Shown one piece after another: positions 27,061-39,300 of a DNA stretch of 64,000 nucleotides. The stretch lies in contig JAQFVV010000003.1 in the NCBI GenBank assembly GCA_028023455.1, forward strand, positions 18,104,001 through 18,168,000, in the 5' to 3' direction. The DNA comes from Epiperipatus broadwayi (taxonomy: Eukaryota > Animalia > Onychophora). A program made the translations under genes and the position numbers. Under the pieces are notes generated by a model. It was given only the letters and a program-made list of their open reading frames with translations. It was not told where the DNA came from and did not search any database. Each line of letters starts with the position of its first letter. Position 1 is the first letter of the stretch.

Positions 27061-30000
27061 ATGAAGATAAAAATTGGTTCTCTCAACATTAGAGGCTTAA
27101 ATGCCACCAAAAAACTTTTTGATCTCAAAAAATGGTTACATACAACACAACCACACATACTGGGGCTTTTGGAAACAAATATACAGCAGCTCTCAAATTG
27201 ATCCATCAAAATATTTAGTCAGCCAAGGTTTTTGTGCCTGCTCAAGGCAATCATCATCACCATCAGGTGGCACAGGCATAATTATTTCCCACAACTGCCC
27301 TTTCGATTCTTTTAAAATTATATATATTGACTCTAATCTTATCATATTAACACTCCATCATAAAAATATCACACTTAACCTAGTATTTGTATATATACCA
27401 CCAGGCACTGTCATCATCGCCAGAATAATAGCAACAATAAATTCAATGCTTACAGCAACACCAAATCCCATAATACTCCTGGGAGATTTCAACATGACCT
27501 ACCAAACTTTTGTCACCAAATGGATCCATCAAATAACAATCCCACTTATGAGTGCTGAGGGTTTTCTCCCATCAAACTCAATATCTTTTAATAACAATAG
27601 ATATAAGTCACTTATTGATTTGTGTTTCTATTCACCAATGTTACATCATTATTTTAATCTTGAACTCTGTCCATCTATAATCTCAGATCATGCTGCTCAG
27701 TTCATCACCCTCGACCTAACAAAAATACAGAATACAACAATAGCCCTCCAAAAGACTATGCGAATACTTCTTCCAGCACAAACAACTGAATTCTTATATT
27801 CAGAAACATATATAATGCTCCAAAAACTTCAAAACATGTCACTTGATCCAGTACAAAAGTATATAGCATTCACCAATATACTTTCTTTCAACATCAATCA
27901 TATTACCTGCAACTCAACACCCCCCACCAGATTATTAGCATTGGCAGATGAACTACATAAAAGAATAACCATTTCCAGACCAACTACAGATAATCAAACA
28001 CAAATTAAAAAACTTACAGAAATGTACAACAATACATGCAATACACTAAAGCAATATGTAGCAATAAAAAAGAAAAAAATATGCCTTACACAACAACATA
28101 CTTGGACCAGAGCATACATACGGTGGGCATTGGGATACCCATCCACAGTCAGAGTGCCTATGGCACTTGAAATAGATGGCTCTATAACAGCTGGACATAA
28201 CATGATAAACCCAATATATCAACACTTTAAAAAAAAACTGCAAAAACAGAGAGGGTACATACCAAATGAAGACATATTTGGAGACCCTGAAACAGTCACA
28301 CCAATAACAACAACTGACATTGTATTTCAACTTGCAACAATAACAAACACATGTCACCCAAGACCACAAGGAATTCCCAAATTTGTGTTCGAACACCTTA
28401 GTCACTTCACAGCAAAATACCTGTGCGATCTAGCCAATTACATATCCCAAAAAATTTACAACATACAAAGTCTATACCCAATTGCAATGGTTCCATTTAA
28501 CAAAAAACCAACAGCAATGTCATCTTTATCTAATCTACGACCAATTTCAATGGGACCTTTAGGAATAAAAATTCTTGAAAGAGTGATAAAGGAAAAAATA
28601 GAACAACACATACTCCCTGTGTTATCATCAGCACAATATGCCAAAAAAGGATCATCCATTGGCCAGGGTGCCTTAATGTACAAAACAATTATCAAAGCAG
28701 TAAAAAAAAGAAAGAAATATGCACCAATTATAGTTCAACTAGACATTGAGGTGGCTTTTGACTCAGTGCCTATAGCCAAATTATTAGACATGCTGAAAAA
28801 AACAACAACACCTCCATCCCTACTATATATAATAGCCAATCTGCTACTCAGCCATGAAATTCACATCACTTTGAATGGAAAAAAACACCAGCCTTCAGAC
28901 CGAGTCAATCCATCTCATAAGGATCCCCCCTAAGTGCCTTGCTCTTTACAATATATGTAAATCCTCTATTCATAGAGATACAGAAAAAAATAAAAGGCAT
29001 TCAAATTCCAAACACTGCTTTAAATATATCATGCATAGCCTATATGGACGATGTAACCATTTTCCTCCCCTCTAAAAAGAACCTCCCCATATTACAAGAG
29101 ATAATCAAGAATTATACCTCAAATTTTAATTTAAAAATTAACACAAATAAAACTGCTGCATGGTCAATATACACAGGCAAGCACTGTACAGAGATGTTTA
29201 ATGGTAAACCATCTGCTTTCCTTGGTTTCCCATTCTACCTTGGAACCAATGGCATGAGGCAAAAAATTCAAAATAAATTAAAAAAAGATGCTGAAAAAAT
29301 CACAGCCTCACTTGAAAAGTCATACCTGTCAATATATGCAAAGGTAGCACTATTTAATCAACTTATAATTACAAAAATTACATACTATACACCTATAATC
29401 AAATTTGCAAAAACATTCATATCTGTAACAAACTAATATGGAAGAGAAAGACAGTGGCAATCTCTTTAAAAAATCTGAGCAGACCACCACATAGCAATGG
29501 ACTTGGACTCCATACAATCAGTGTTTTTTACACACAGAAATCAGTAAATCTAATAACAGCAACCATAAAAAGATTTCCAGACCTGGAGTGTGTAATCAGT
29601 ATAATACCCACAGACAGACCACCCCCTTCATATGGATATCTATCCACACTGATTGAAGAACTCAAGCCAATATACAACAAAATATCACTCAAAAATGACA
29701 ACAAGTATACATACTGGGACATTTACAATATACTACATCCAAACCAGACACTCAATCTACATCCATCAGTTCTTGGAATAGACAACAGGCAACTACTGCA
29801 ACAATTCAGAAAATGGTCACTAGAACCAAAATTATTCGATTTTCTACTTAAGCTTAATCTCAATGCTCTACCCACAACCCATTTCCTTAGATTTCGTAGA
29901 TTCTATACAAATATAAACCCCATATGCGGGCTATGTCATAGAGAAGAAGAGACACAAGATCATTTTCTTCATTCCTGCAGTGCCCTAGAAACAATACGTC

Positions 30001-30276
30001 GCAATGTTTACCACATACAGAAAGGCTATAATTTTAATTGATGAAATAATAAATATGTTTTAAAAAGGCAACAACCCTGCTATTCGTGCAGCAACATACA
30101 GCCTTTATGCCTACTGGTGCACCAGATGCACTTTTGCACTTGCCAATAACCCTCGACGCCACCCAGCAACATATTCAATAAAACTAGAACTGTTAAGAAA
30201 AAGAGACAGCATCCTAGCTCAACCAGATATATTTGCAGCCACATGGTCACACCTGAAACAAAGATCCAGTCTATGA
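27061..30276 (+). pseudogene. LINE ORF2: AP endonuclease, reverse transcriptase and zinc finger, several frameshifts
   Basis: ATG at 27061 begins MKIKIGSLNIRGLN. APE motifs GDFN, IDL and SDH. RT motifs LRPISM, QLDIEVAFDSV, GSPLSALLFTIYVNPL and YMDD. Zinc finger CGLCHREEETQDHFLHSC, then YWCTRC, with the stop at 30274-30276. Confidence 0.9.
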
Positions 30277-30537
30277 AATATAAAGACCAATAAGATAGAT
30301 GATGAAAATAAAGATAGATGATGACATTTTCAACATCAGCATTTTTTCCATCTTTAAAAAAAAATGCAAGCATAAAGTGAACTAAATAGAAGACCAAATT
30401 TAAAAACAAGAAGAAAAAAAAACTATGCAGAAAAGATAAAGACTTATATACTGAAAGTTGTAATTTGTTTTTCATTTGTAAAAAATCAATATATGACTCT
30501 GTAACTTTTTAGACTCAATAAAGTTTTGCTTTGAAAC

Positions 30538-30570
<33 letters not shown>

Positions 30571-30980
30571 TTAATTTAATTTAATTTATTAAACATATAA
30601 TCTCCTTGTGATAAATAAATCACGCATGGAGCTTAACAAAAATACAGGTGCAAATAAAATAAAAAACATTAATATACAATAAAATAATTAAATAGAAATA
30701 AAAAGTTTTTGATTATCATCAATTATAATCCAGTTCATAATGAATTTTCTCAAAGTTTTCCTTGATAGGTCATTAACATTAAATCCAATGTTTCTTATAA
30801 AAATATAAAATCTTGGACCAAGATAACATTTCTGATATCTACAATGAGTTTTAAAGTACACTGGTTCAAATAATAAATCAAAATCACTTGATCTAGTCAC
30901 CATTATTGATGAATTATTTTTATTCATTTTTTTGTATTTAATATAATAACACAAAATATTCACTAAAAATAATTGATGAA

Positions 30981-31045
<65 letters not shown>

Positions 31046-31102
31046 ATAATAATAACAACAACAATAATAATAACAATAACAACAACAATAATAATAATAA
31101 TA
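30981..31102 (+). repeat. Compound microsatellite (TAG)n-(TAA/CAA)n
   Basis: About 21 TAG units followed by mixed AAT/AAC units. Confidence 0.95.
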
Positions 31103-31499
31103 TAAAAAAAATGCAATTTTATCATGTTAATGCCCAAATTTAATGTTATTAACATGATGCCATGGGAATTCACTTTTCATGCTGTTTGTCAGAAATTTAT
31201 TAATCATGCTTAATTAAGAACTTTACAGTTTTAGTTTTATTAAAACATACAATACTTAGCAATAGGGAGAATATTTTTAAAAATATATATTATATATATT
31301 TGCCTGAAGGTTTGTGATATTGGTATTGTTGAACTATTGCCATTATCTATCATTAAATGTTGACTGTCTAAAAAATGTGTAAACTTTTCAAACACAAACA
31401 ACTTTTAGTAATAACTTACAAATAGTCAACACAGGTTAGATTCCACAATGTTTTGAGTGGTATTATTTTTTGCTCTTCAGATGTTGCTGGCCTGATCAG

Positions 31500-31592
31500 T
31501 GACAATATTAGCATAAGAGTCAAACTCACACCTTTAGATGCTTGAAATATCGAATTTTAAGGCAACACTGTAACCAACTGAGCTAATCTGTT
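31500..31592 (-). other. tRNA-Phe-like segment in the inverted PLE terminal repeat
   Basis: Reverse-complement copy of 33316-33408, followed on the minus strand by CTGAAGA...ACTCAAAAC (degenerate hammerhead) at ~31486-31443. Confidence 0.65.
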
Positions 31593-32019
31593 AAATGCAG
31601 CAATCAGTAGAAATTTTATATACTTATCTATGTGGGTTGATCCAAATCGTCCTGATTCCTCCACTTTTTTTTAAATATTTTTTATCTAAGAGCAAGGTTA
31701 ATTAGCTTCCAGACATTTCTTATCACATTGGGTTGACTTATAGGATTTTTGCCATCATCATATGATCAGCTTCTTTGAATTTTTTTCTTTGCACGTTTTC
31801 ATCTTTATTCAATATTTTTGTATTTTCCCATCGAACATATGTTCATTAGTATATACATGGTCTGCTATTGTAGGCACATTTATTTGTTTTTTTTTCTATT
31901 AGTTTGTGTTCTTTCAATCACTGTTCAGCAGTGTGACAAGTCTCACCAATATAATCTCTTCCACATTCACATAGTATTCATAAATGCAGCCAAAAGACTA
32001 AGAATTTTGAGAAGAAATT

Positions 32020-33200
32020 TGAAGTTTTGATATGGTAAACTTCATCAGGGATTCTAAGTACTTTGTGGAATTAATCAGGAACATGGAATTTGAAAGAACT
32101 GACATATTGATAAACTTAGATGTGGAAAATTTATTTTCAAATATACCAGTGATCATGTGTTGTCTGTTGTAAGGAAAATGTTATATGATGATAATAGTCT
32201 ACAAACCAAAACAACTCTACCTATTGATAGTGTAATGAAACTATTAACTTTCTGCATAACAACATTCTTTCAATATAACTCAGAATTTTTCCAACAAAAT
32301 CAAAGAATGACCATAGCTCATCATTGTGTTACCTTTGCTTAGCAATGTTTACATGGAAGAACTTGAAATCACAGCCATAAATATTACTCCATTTCCTTCT
32401 AAAATGTGGCTTTGCTATATTGATGATTCATTTGTTGTATGGCCATAGTATGGTCACATCAACAGATCCCCTTCAGTTAAATTCACAATGGGATTAGAAT
32501 AAGAATAAAAATTGGCATTCTTAGATGTTCTCTCTCATAGAAAAGTAAAAAAACAACAGTTTATAAGAAGCCAACACACACTGATAGGTACTTGGCCTAT
32601 ATATCCAAGCACATCAGAGGCACAAAACATAGTTATACTATCACTGTGGAACAGAGTAAAGGAAAGTTTGTTAGGAAACCAGTGATTTGGAAAATGAAAA
32701 GATCTACATAGAACAACTATCACGAAGAATGGTAATCCATGGGTTGTCATCAAGAAAGCCTTTAATAGACAACAAAAAGAGACACCAAAATGAAAAATAA
32801 TTATTGGTACTATAGTGTATCCATATAGACCAGGTATGATAGACAAATTAAAGAAAATCTGCAATCAATATAACATTAGAACAGCTTTCTAAAGCCATGT
32901 CACATTTCAAGGAATTGTAACTTCTACAAACCTAAATTTGAAATGCTGAAAAACAAAAATTGCATCTAGGAAATACCACGTGAAAGTGGAAGGAAGTATA
33001 TTGGTGAGACCTGTTAAACAGTGATTGAAAGAGCACAAACTAATAGTTGGAAATTAAAAAAAATAGTTGTGTCTACAGAGCAGACCATATATGTATTAAT
33101 AAACATATGTTCAATTGGGAAAATACAAACATTGAATAAAGAGGAAAACATGCAAAGAAGAAAATTCAAAGAAGTTGCTCATATCACAATGCAAATAATC
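32020..33200 (+). pseudogene. Penelope-type RT with C-terminal GIY-YIG endonuclease, many stops and frameshifts
   Basis: LDVENLFSNIPV (32116), YMEELE, WLCYIDDSFVVWP (YIDD at 32416), PSVKFTM, AFLDV, VYKKPTHTDRYL (32560), CI*EIPRESGRKYIGET (32961), RKFKE. The inverted copy reads ILCECGRDYIGET. Confidence 0.85.
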
Positions 33201-33315
33201 CTATAAGACTAGCCAGTTTGGCATTACAAGTATTAAAAAAAAAAAGGATGAATCAGGAGAAATTGAACTAATTCACATAGATCAGTATATGAAATTTTTA
33301 CTGACTGTTGGCTTT

Positions 33316-33408
33316 GACAGAATAGCTCAGTTGGTTACAGTGTTGCCTTAAAATTCGATATTTCAAGCATCTAAAGGTGTGAGTTTGACTCTTATGCTAA
33401 TATTGTCA
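33316..33408 (+). other. tRNA-Phe-like segment with an intron-position insert in the PLE terminal repeat
   Basis: GACAGAATAGCTCAGTTGGTTACAGTGTTGCCT-TAA-A-[ATTCGATATTTCAAGC]-ATCTAAAGGTGTGAGTTTGACTC...TATTGTCA. A and B boxes are recognisable. Hammerhead CTGAAGA at 33428, with the rest of the ribozyme deleted. Confidence 0.65.
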
Positions 33409-33699
33409 CTGATCAGGCCAGCAACATCTGAAGAAGAGCGGAGCCAATCAACATTTAATGATAGATGACAGAAATAATGCAACATATTATCACAAAGATT
33501 ATATGTATATAAACACACAGACATATGTAAAGATCTTTAATGATTATAGTAATAACAATTGTTGTTTCATTAAGATTAGATAATTTGTAGATTATTATAA
33601 CGATAATTATTTATTATAAAAATAAGTATATTATATATAATTCCTTAAGTAATAAGGATAAGTAATTTTATTGATAGTATGAAATAACAATAGATTTTT

Positions 33700-34450
33700 T
33701 TCTATGATGATATTTCATAGATCTTTGGGAATTAAAAAGACATTAAATATTTTGCTTGGAATGTTTGCTATATTGAGATTGAAGGTGTTGAATGTTTGAG
33801 AAGTTGGGGAGATAATGTAAGAAATGTAATGGATAAAAACAAATACAGGACTTTGATGGAAGAAAGATAAAAAAAATTAGACATGCTTTTAAAGACAGAA
33901 TAATAATAAGGGATGTTTAATTGTAAAAACAAGGGTTGGACAGTGCTTAAAAATTAAATAATGGCAAGAGATATAATGAATGAACTATATGAAGAGGGAA
34001 GTACTGAAATATTCTTACAAATAGAATAATATCTATTAGAACTGTGGGAAGAGATGTATTATCCATTCTCAGAAAGGTAGAATAATGTATATATTAAAGT
34101 GGTTTATAAGAAGAGGGGGGGGTTTGAATTCATTTTAAAGATGAAGAAACATGCTCAAGGAAGATGAAATGAAGAGAGGTGTTGAGGATGTTATTAGAAG
34201 AAGAATAAGCAATATGTTAGAAGGAATTGTAGTTAAGTGAAAAGAATATAAAATAAGAACTAATAGTAAATGATATAAAAGATATTTGAAGTTTATAATA
34301 TATTTCAAGAAAAGTATGTTAAAGGCTAGAGCAATGGCTAACCACCACTGATGGCAATTAAATGTTAATATATGGATATAGTGCCATATCACATTTTTAG
34401 ACATGCTTTTGGCAAAAGCATAATGAGTTAGTTTTGAGTATCTGAAGAAC
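33700..34450 (+). mobile_element. Possible highly degenerate LINE 3' remnant
   Basis: Purine-rich tract; SMLKARAM resembles the SLLFKAQTG motif of the LINE at 39.3-41.9 kb. Weak. Confidence 0.3.
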
Positions 34451-34548
34451 AAAGTAGTACATAATGAAAAGATTGCTAGGGTCAGTTGAAGGACGTGCTT
34501 TCGGACAGATGACTGATGATGTCATTATTTCTTCTAAATCTAATGTTA

Positions 34549-35142
34549 AACCACCAAACATCACATGATCACCATTTCTTATGCTTGCTCATAACTGTTA
34601 TTAAAATAGGCAAAACTCTCCATACAGTAGTATCACTCAGTGCAAGCCAGAGTAATCAATGGATGCCAGAAGGCTTACGCATAGAATCCCTATCTAGTGC
34701 ATACTCATCCAATATCCCCAGATTAGTTTTTAGCTTGTGGCTTGCACTGAGTGGCACTATTGTGTGGAGAGTTTTGCCTGTTTCAATAACAGTTATGAGC
34801 AAGCATAAGAAATGGTGATCATGTGATGTTTGGTGGTTTAATAGCAATCCTGCCTAATAAGGATAGTGGTGGCTATGATTATTGAAGAACCAAAAATACC
34901 AAAATGTATGGGTACTGAACTGAGTTTAGACCTATATGACTAAAACTAATAAGCTTGGATTGAAAATATTGTGTTTTCAAATTTTAAACTCGTACTTTTG
35001 TAGTTGAAATAAAAGGTGACTGCTGGAGGGCTATTGGATGAGTAGGCACTAGATAGGGATTTTATGCACAAGCCTTCTGGCATCCTTTGATTACTCTGGC
35101 TTACACTGAGTGGCACTACTATATGGAGAGTTTTGTCTGTTT
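34549..35142. mobile_element. Foldback plus tandem insertion of hammerhead family 1
   Basis: Arms of ~100 bp at 34547-34648 and 34738-34841. The plus arm runs on into a second unit whose ribozyme is deleted at ~35030. TSD TAAATC(T)TAATGTTA at 34535-34548 and 35143-35157. Confidence 0.8.
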
Positions 35143-36036
35143 TAAATCTTAATGTTATGTTTTGCTTATGTTTTTATTTATATATTGGAAATATTTTTTT
35201 CTGGTTATTATTTACTTTCTTACAGTAGAAATTGATTTTGAATTGTCACATGAACCTATCTTTTTAACTCAAGAAAGGACTAATAATTCATTCCAATTCA
35301 GAGTTATCCAAAGCTTGAATAATCGGGGCAGATGTAGAAAGTGAACTGAGTAATTTATACGCTACTTTGCTTATAAATAATAATCTTGATACTAAATGAA
35401 ATTTTTGAGATAAAAACTTCTTTCAAAAGCTAATTGCTTTTTTTAAAATATATATATGCAATTAATTTTTCATTATCCAGAATTAGAAAATGTGTATTTT
35501 GATAAGTTATACATTAAAAAGGATAGCATATTTAATTTATTAAATAATAGTAATTGTAATTTGATTTTAAAAAATTATTTTTCCTCTGCAATATTTATGA
35601 CATGATTCTTGGGAGGATTTGTGAAATTTAAGGATGATTTACAAATAAGGAAAAAAAATTTTTATTCTTAACATTTGTTGTGTTTTGTTTATCATTTTGA
35701 TGTTCACTTGTTTCTAATTCACATGCTAATCATCACAGTAAAAAATCTGACCTATTTTATGATGAAGTGCTGAATACTAAAACATTAAAGTTTATAAAGT
35801 AGTGTCAGATGCTAGGTTAAATTTATTGTTTCAAGAGAAAAGTACAATATCTGCCTTAGCATTGATTAAAAATATTTTCTTAGTTTTTGTGTTTCTTTCA
35901 TCATTGTGATATAAATATAATTACATGAATACATATATAAAGGTAAAGTTAAAAAATCTTAACAGGAGACCTGCGGAAAATAGGATTTTTATGGATTTTT
36001 TTTTTATTAATTTATTTTACTCTCTAGTTAAGAATA

Positions 36037-36106
36037 GTCAAGCATTGGTGGCGCAGCTGGCCCAGGCTTCGCTTCCCAGTCAACGCATTTGACATATAAA
36101 AAAAAA
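36037..36106 (+). mobile_element. tRNA-Gly(TCC)-derived SINE, internally deleted
   Basis: GTCAAGCATTGGTGG...CCCAGTCAACGCATTTGACATAT(A)n. Confidence 0.7.
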
Positions 36107-36403
36107 TGAATAGAAAAAATACCCATTTGTCAATCAGTGTGGATTATCTACCTGAAAAATAATTAAACTTTTTTTTGGAAATAGCTATCTAAAACTTTCC
36201 CATATTAAGCCATAGCAGATATTTAAGCCTATATACATATATGTAAATGGAAATGTTTATGGCCGAAAACGTTATAACAGAATTAAAGGATATTTTATGT
36301 AGGCAATATCGATTTGGATATAGTTAATTGATAGTATAATCATATCGTCAGGCAAACTTTATAAAGTGGATAACATATAATATTTATAAATCATATTATA
36401 TAT

Positions 36404-37705
36404 CAGAGGTCCGCAATCTTTAAGTGGTGTCATAACAAATTATGTTACAATGTTATTTTGCATTATGTTACAATGTTATTTTGCATGCCAACATGATTCT
36501 ATCAATCTTATTATATATAGTTTAAAAATTGGTCCAGTAATAATGGGCTTCAAAATTATAATCAGATCCTATATTAGTGGTTATTAAATATTTTAAAATA
36601 CATAGGATCACATGTGGAAGGTATCTTTTGTTAAATTATATTGCATTTGAAGGATATACTTAAATTTCCTTTGGCAATCTGTTGGTGTTTAGAAAAATTG
36701 TTTACAAAATTATCGATTAATATATAGTAATTCAAATGGGCAATGCACTTTTAACTTACAATGGTTTTATTTTTGATTAATGAACTCTAGTAAAGTAAAA
36801 CAAATATTTTTCTAGCATTCATTTAAAAATATATCAAAGAAACTTCAACTCGAAATTGGAAGTTAGTTTTTCTTTTCTTTAAAACTATGGATATTTGGAA
36901 TTTTTCTCTGTGAGAAATTTGTTTTAATTACTCAATAAACCTTTAAAAGAAGAAAATAATGATTTTTAACTTCTTTAAGATCGAACGATATTATCAGGTT
37001 TAAGGACTTTATTCACGCATTAACCTGATTATCATTAACTGTAAACTTTTTTTTACAGTTAAACGTGCCAAAACTTAAATTGTAGTATTTTATAATTATG
37101 AATAGAAAGTTTTTCAAATGAATTATTATAATATTCTGCCTGAATATAAATTTCTCTAAACATGCAGTTGCATACAAAAGTATCAAAGGTCAAGTGACCG
37201 CTCAAAAAGAATAATATAGGCAAAATTAATCCTCCCTGGGCAAAAAATATATATTTCCATACCATTCTCGTTATTAAAAATAGCAAAGATCTGTCAAGTG
37301 TTGGTGGCCGAATGGTTAGCACAGCTGCCTTACAAGCAGTTGTCCTAGGGTTCGCTCCCCCCCCCCCCGACGCTTTGACATATAAAAAAAAAGTAGCAAA
37401 GATCTTGTCAAGCGTTGGTGGCCTAGCGGTTAGCATAGCTACCTTCCAAGCAGCTGGCCGTTTCCTGGTCAGCGCTTTGACATATAAAAAAATAAATAGC
37501 AAAGATCTAGTATTCATTTATTATACAAAATAATTAGTAAATTAAAGTGAATCATGGTTTTCATTTATATGTGAGTCGCATATGCAAAATGTAGGTGATG
37601 GCGCAAACATGTGCGCTGTAATTAAAAAATATTTTTTTACTATTTCAATTTAATCCGAATACCACTGATAATTGTTCTGCGTCGCTCCTAGGTTGCCGAC
37701 TCCTG
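36404..37705. mobile_element. Non-autonomous hAT (Charlie/Buster-like) element, 1.3 kb
   Basis: TIRs CAGAGGTCCGCAATC / GGTTGCCGACTCCTG. 8-bp TSD TTATATAT / TTATATAC at 36396-36403 and 37706-37713. Confidence 0.7.
37293..37493 (+). mobile_element. Tandem pair of tRNA-Gly(TCC)-derived SINEs
   Basis: GCGTTGGTGGCCTAGCGGTTAGCATAGCTACCTTCCAAGCAG closely follows animal tRNA-Gly(TCC). Each copy has an A tail. The sequence AAATAGCAAAGATCT occurs before, between (as AAGTAGCAAAGATCT) and after the copies. Confidence 0.85.
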
Positions 37706-38014
37706 TTATATACTAAAATTACCACATGACTTTTTAAATTTACTTCAATTTGCACTACACATTGGTGACTCATATGTTCATTCTAAAAAATACTGAATAA
37801 AACAATAAACATTAGTTTCTGGTTAATTAACCTTCTTTTAGAAGCAGACCTAGCCCTAAAAGAAAGACAAATAAAGCAGGGTAGAGATCATCACTGCCTA
37901 ATTAACGTTCACGTCGGCTTAAGCTTAATTTGTACCGACTATCTTTGAACCGAAAGATCATGTGTGAGTGTGTCTGTACAACTATAGTAATTCTACAAAT
38001 TAATAACACTATGA

Positions 38015-38046
38015 AATGTTATACCATCATTACAAACCTTCAGACA
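38015..38046 (+). mobile_element. 32-bp insertion of the PLE 3' tip
   Basis: TATACCATCATTACAAACCTTCAGACA matches 48485-48511 and, in part, the reverse complement of 31300-31319. 13-bp TSD AATAACACTATGA at 38002-38014 and 38047-38059. Confidence 0.7.
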
Positions 38047-39300
38047 AATAACACTATGAGTATTTGAAAAGTAGAGCGTCAGAGCTAAATAAGATCATCT
38101 GGTTTAGCATATTAATAATATATATGTTGGTTGTGAAAGTGAAAAATTGTTTTTTTAAAGTAGCAATATTTTTAAATTCAATTAAAGCCTTTTTGCAAAG
38201 GAGAGCAGGTGTTATAAACTCGGAATAAGTTGTCTAGGTCAAATGTCACGTTGTGAAAATTTCTGTCTTTGAAAGTGATAATTTATCTAAATAGAATAAA
38301 TGATTAAATTATCATATATTAAATATTGGAGGAAACAAAAAAATCTTGATTTATAAAATGTATGTTCTTCATCTAATAGACCAAATCTAAGCAGCAATAT
38401 TTGATGATCATTGGTCCATGAATAATTTGACTTCATGTAGTACTATTTAACTTTTATTAATGTATAAATTATTTTTTGATATCAACAGACTCCATGATCT
38501 ATTCACCATAGAAATTTAATAATACTCTAAGTATTGTAAATAAGTATGTCAAACTATTTTTATGCTCTATAATAAATAGACTGAAAATTTAAATTTTAGC
38601 ACAGTTGTGGAGTGATGGGCTCAAGAACTAAAGATTCTTAGATCAAAGTTTAACCTGACATCAAATGACTGACTTCAATTTTTTTTAAAACTATATTCAT
38701 TAATATGTATTTATATCTTCTAACAAGTAATTAACTAAAAATGATATCACAAACTGTAGATTATAAATTCTAGATGATTAGTAGAAAGAATAGCTTACTG
38801 GTGCTTAAAAGGTTATTGAATCAATTCATGATTGAGAAAAATGTGGAGGATGGGTTAAACTGGCTGAATGAGATGAAACATCATAGACTGCTATTCTATT
38901 TTCTTGGTGATTCAAAGACAATCTCTAATTGCCTAACCAGACAATTAAATAAAGTCATTATTGATCCAATTTGTCATAACTTTTCACCTTTTTAATGAGC
39001 TTTGATATTTAGAACTGTATCATATAATAATTTCTGCACTGATTTATAAACTGAAAATCAAATGTTCTTTTTTTTTTTTTTGGTTCAGTATAAGAGAATC
39101 TAATTTTATCCACACATGCAGATTTTATCTCAAACTAGTTTGGCATTGAAGAATCATGGTGCAGAGCTGTTTTTTGTTATTTGAATAATTTGTTTGCATA
39201 ATTTTAATAGAGAACAAGACTGATTAATTAAATTATGACAAAATGCAGAGACAACCAGATCTTAGTTCCATCTGTCTTCTTACATAATAATAACACAGGC

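Larger units (their letters stand above)
26104..30568 (+). mobile_element. 5'-truncated L1/Tx1-type non-LTR retrotransposon
   Basis: ORF1 remnant with a zinc knuckle; ORF2 with APE, RT and a C-terminal CCHC motif. AATAAA at 30518 followed by an (ATA)n tail at 30538-30568. Confidence 0.9.
31299..33497 (+). mobile_element. Degenerate Penelope-like element with an inverted duplication of its 3' part
   Basis: RT and GIY-YIG remnants on the plus strand at 32020-33200. Segment 31299-31990 is an inverted copy of ~32970-33497 (GIY-YIG end plus terminal repeat), the classic inverted pLTR arrangement of PLEs. Confidence 0.85.

Noticed and set aside
30688-31173. 161-aa poly-T/I/V ORF
   Set aside because: It is created by the (TAG)n/(AAC)n microsatellite.
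37410-37476. Functional tRNA-Gly(TCC) gene
   Set aside because: The T-arm/B-box is deleted, and the copy has an A tail and TSD, so it is a SINE copy.
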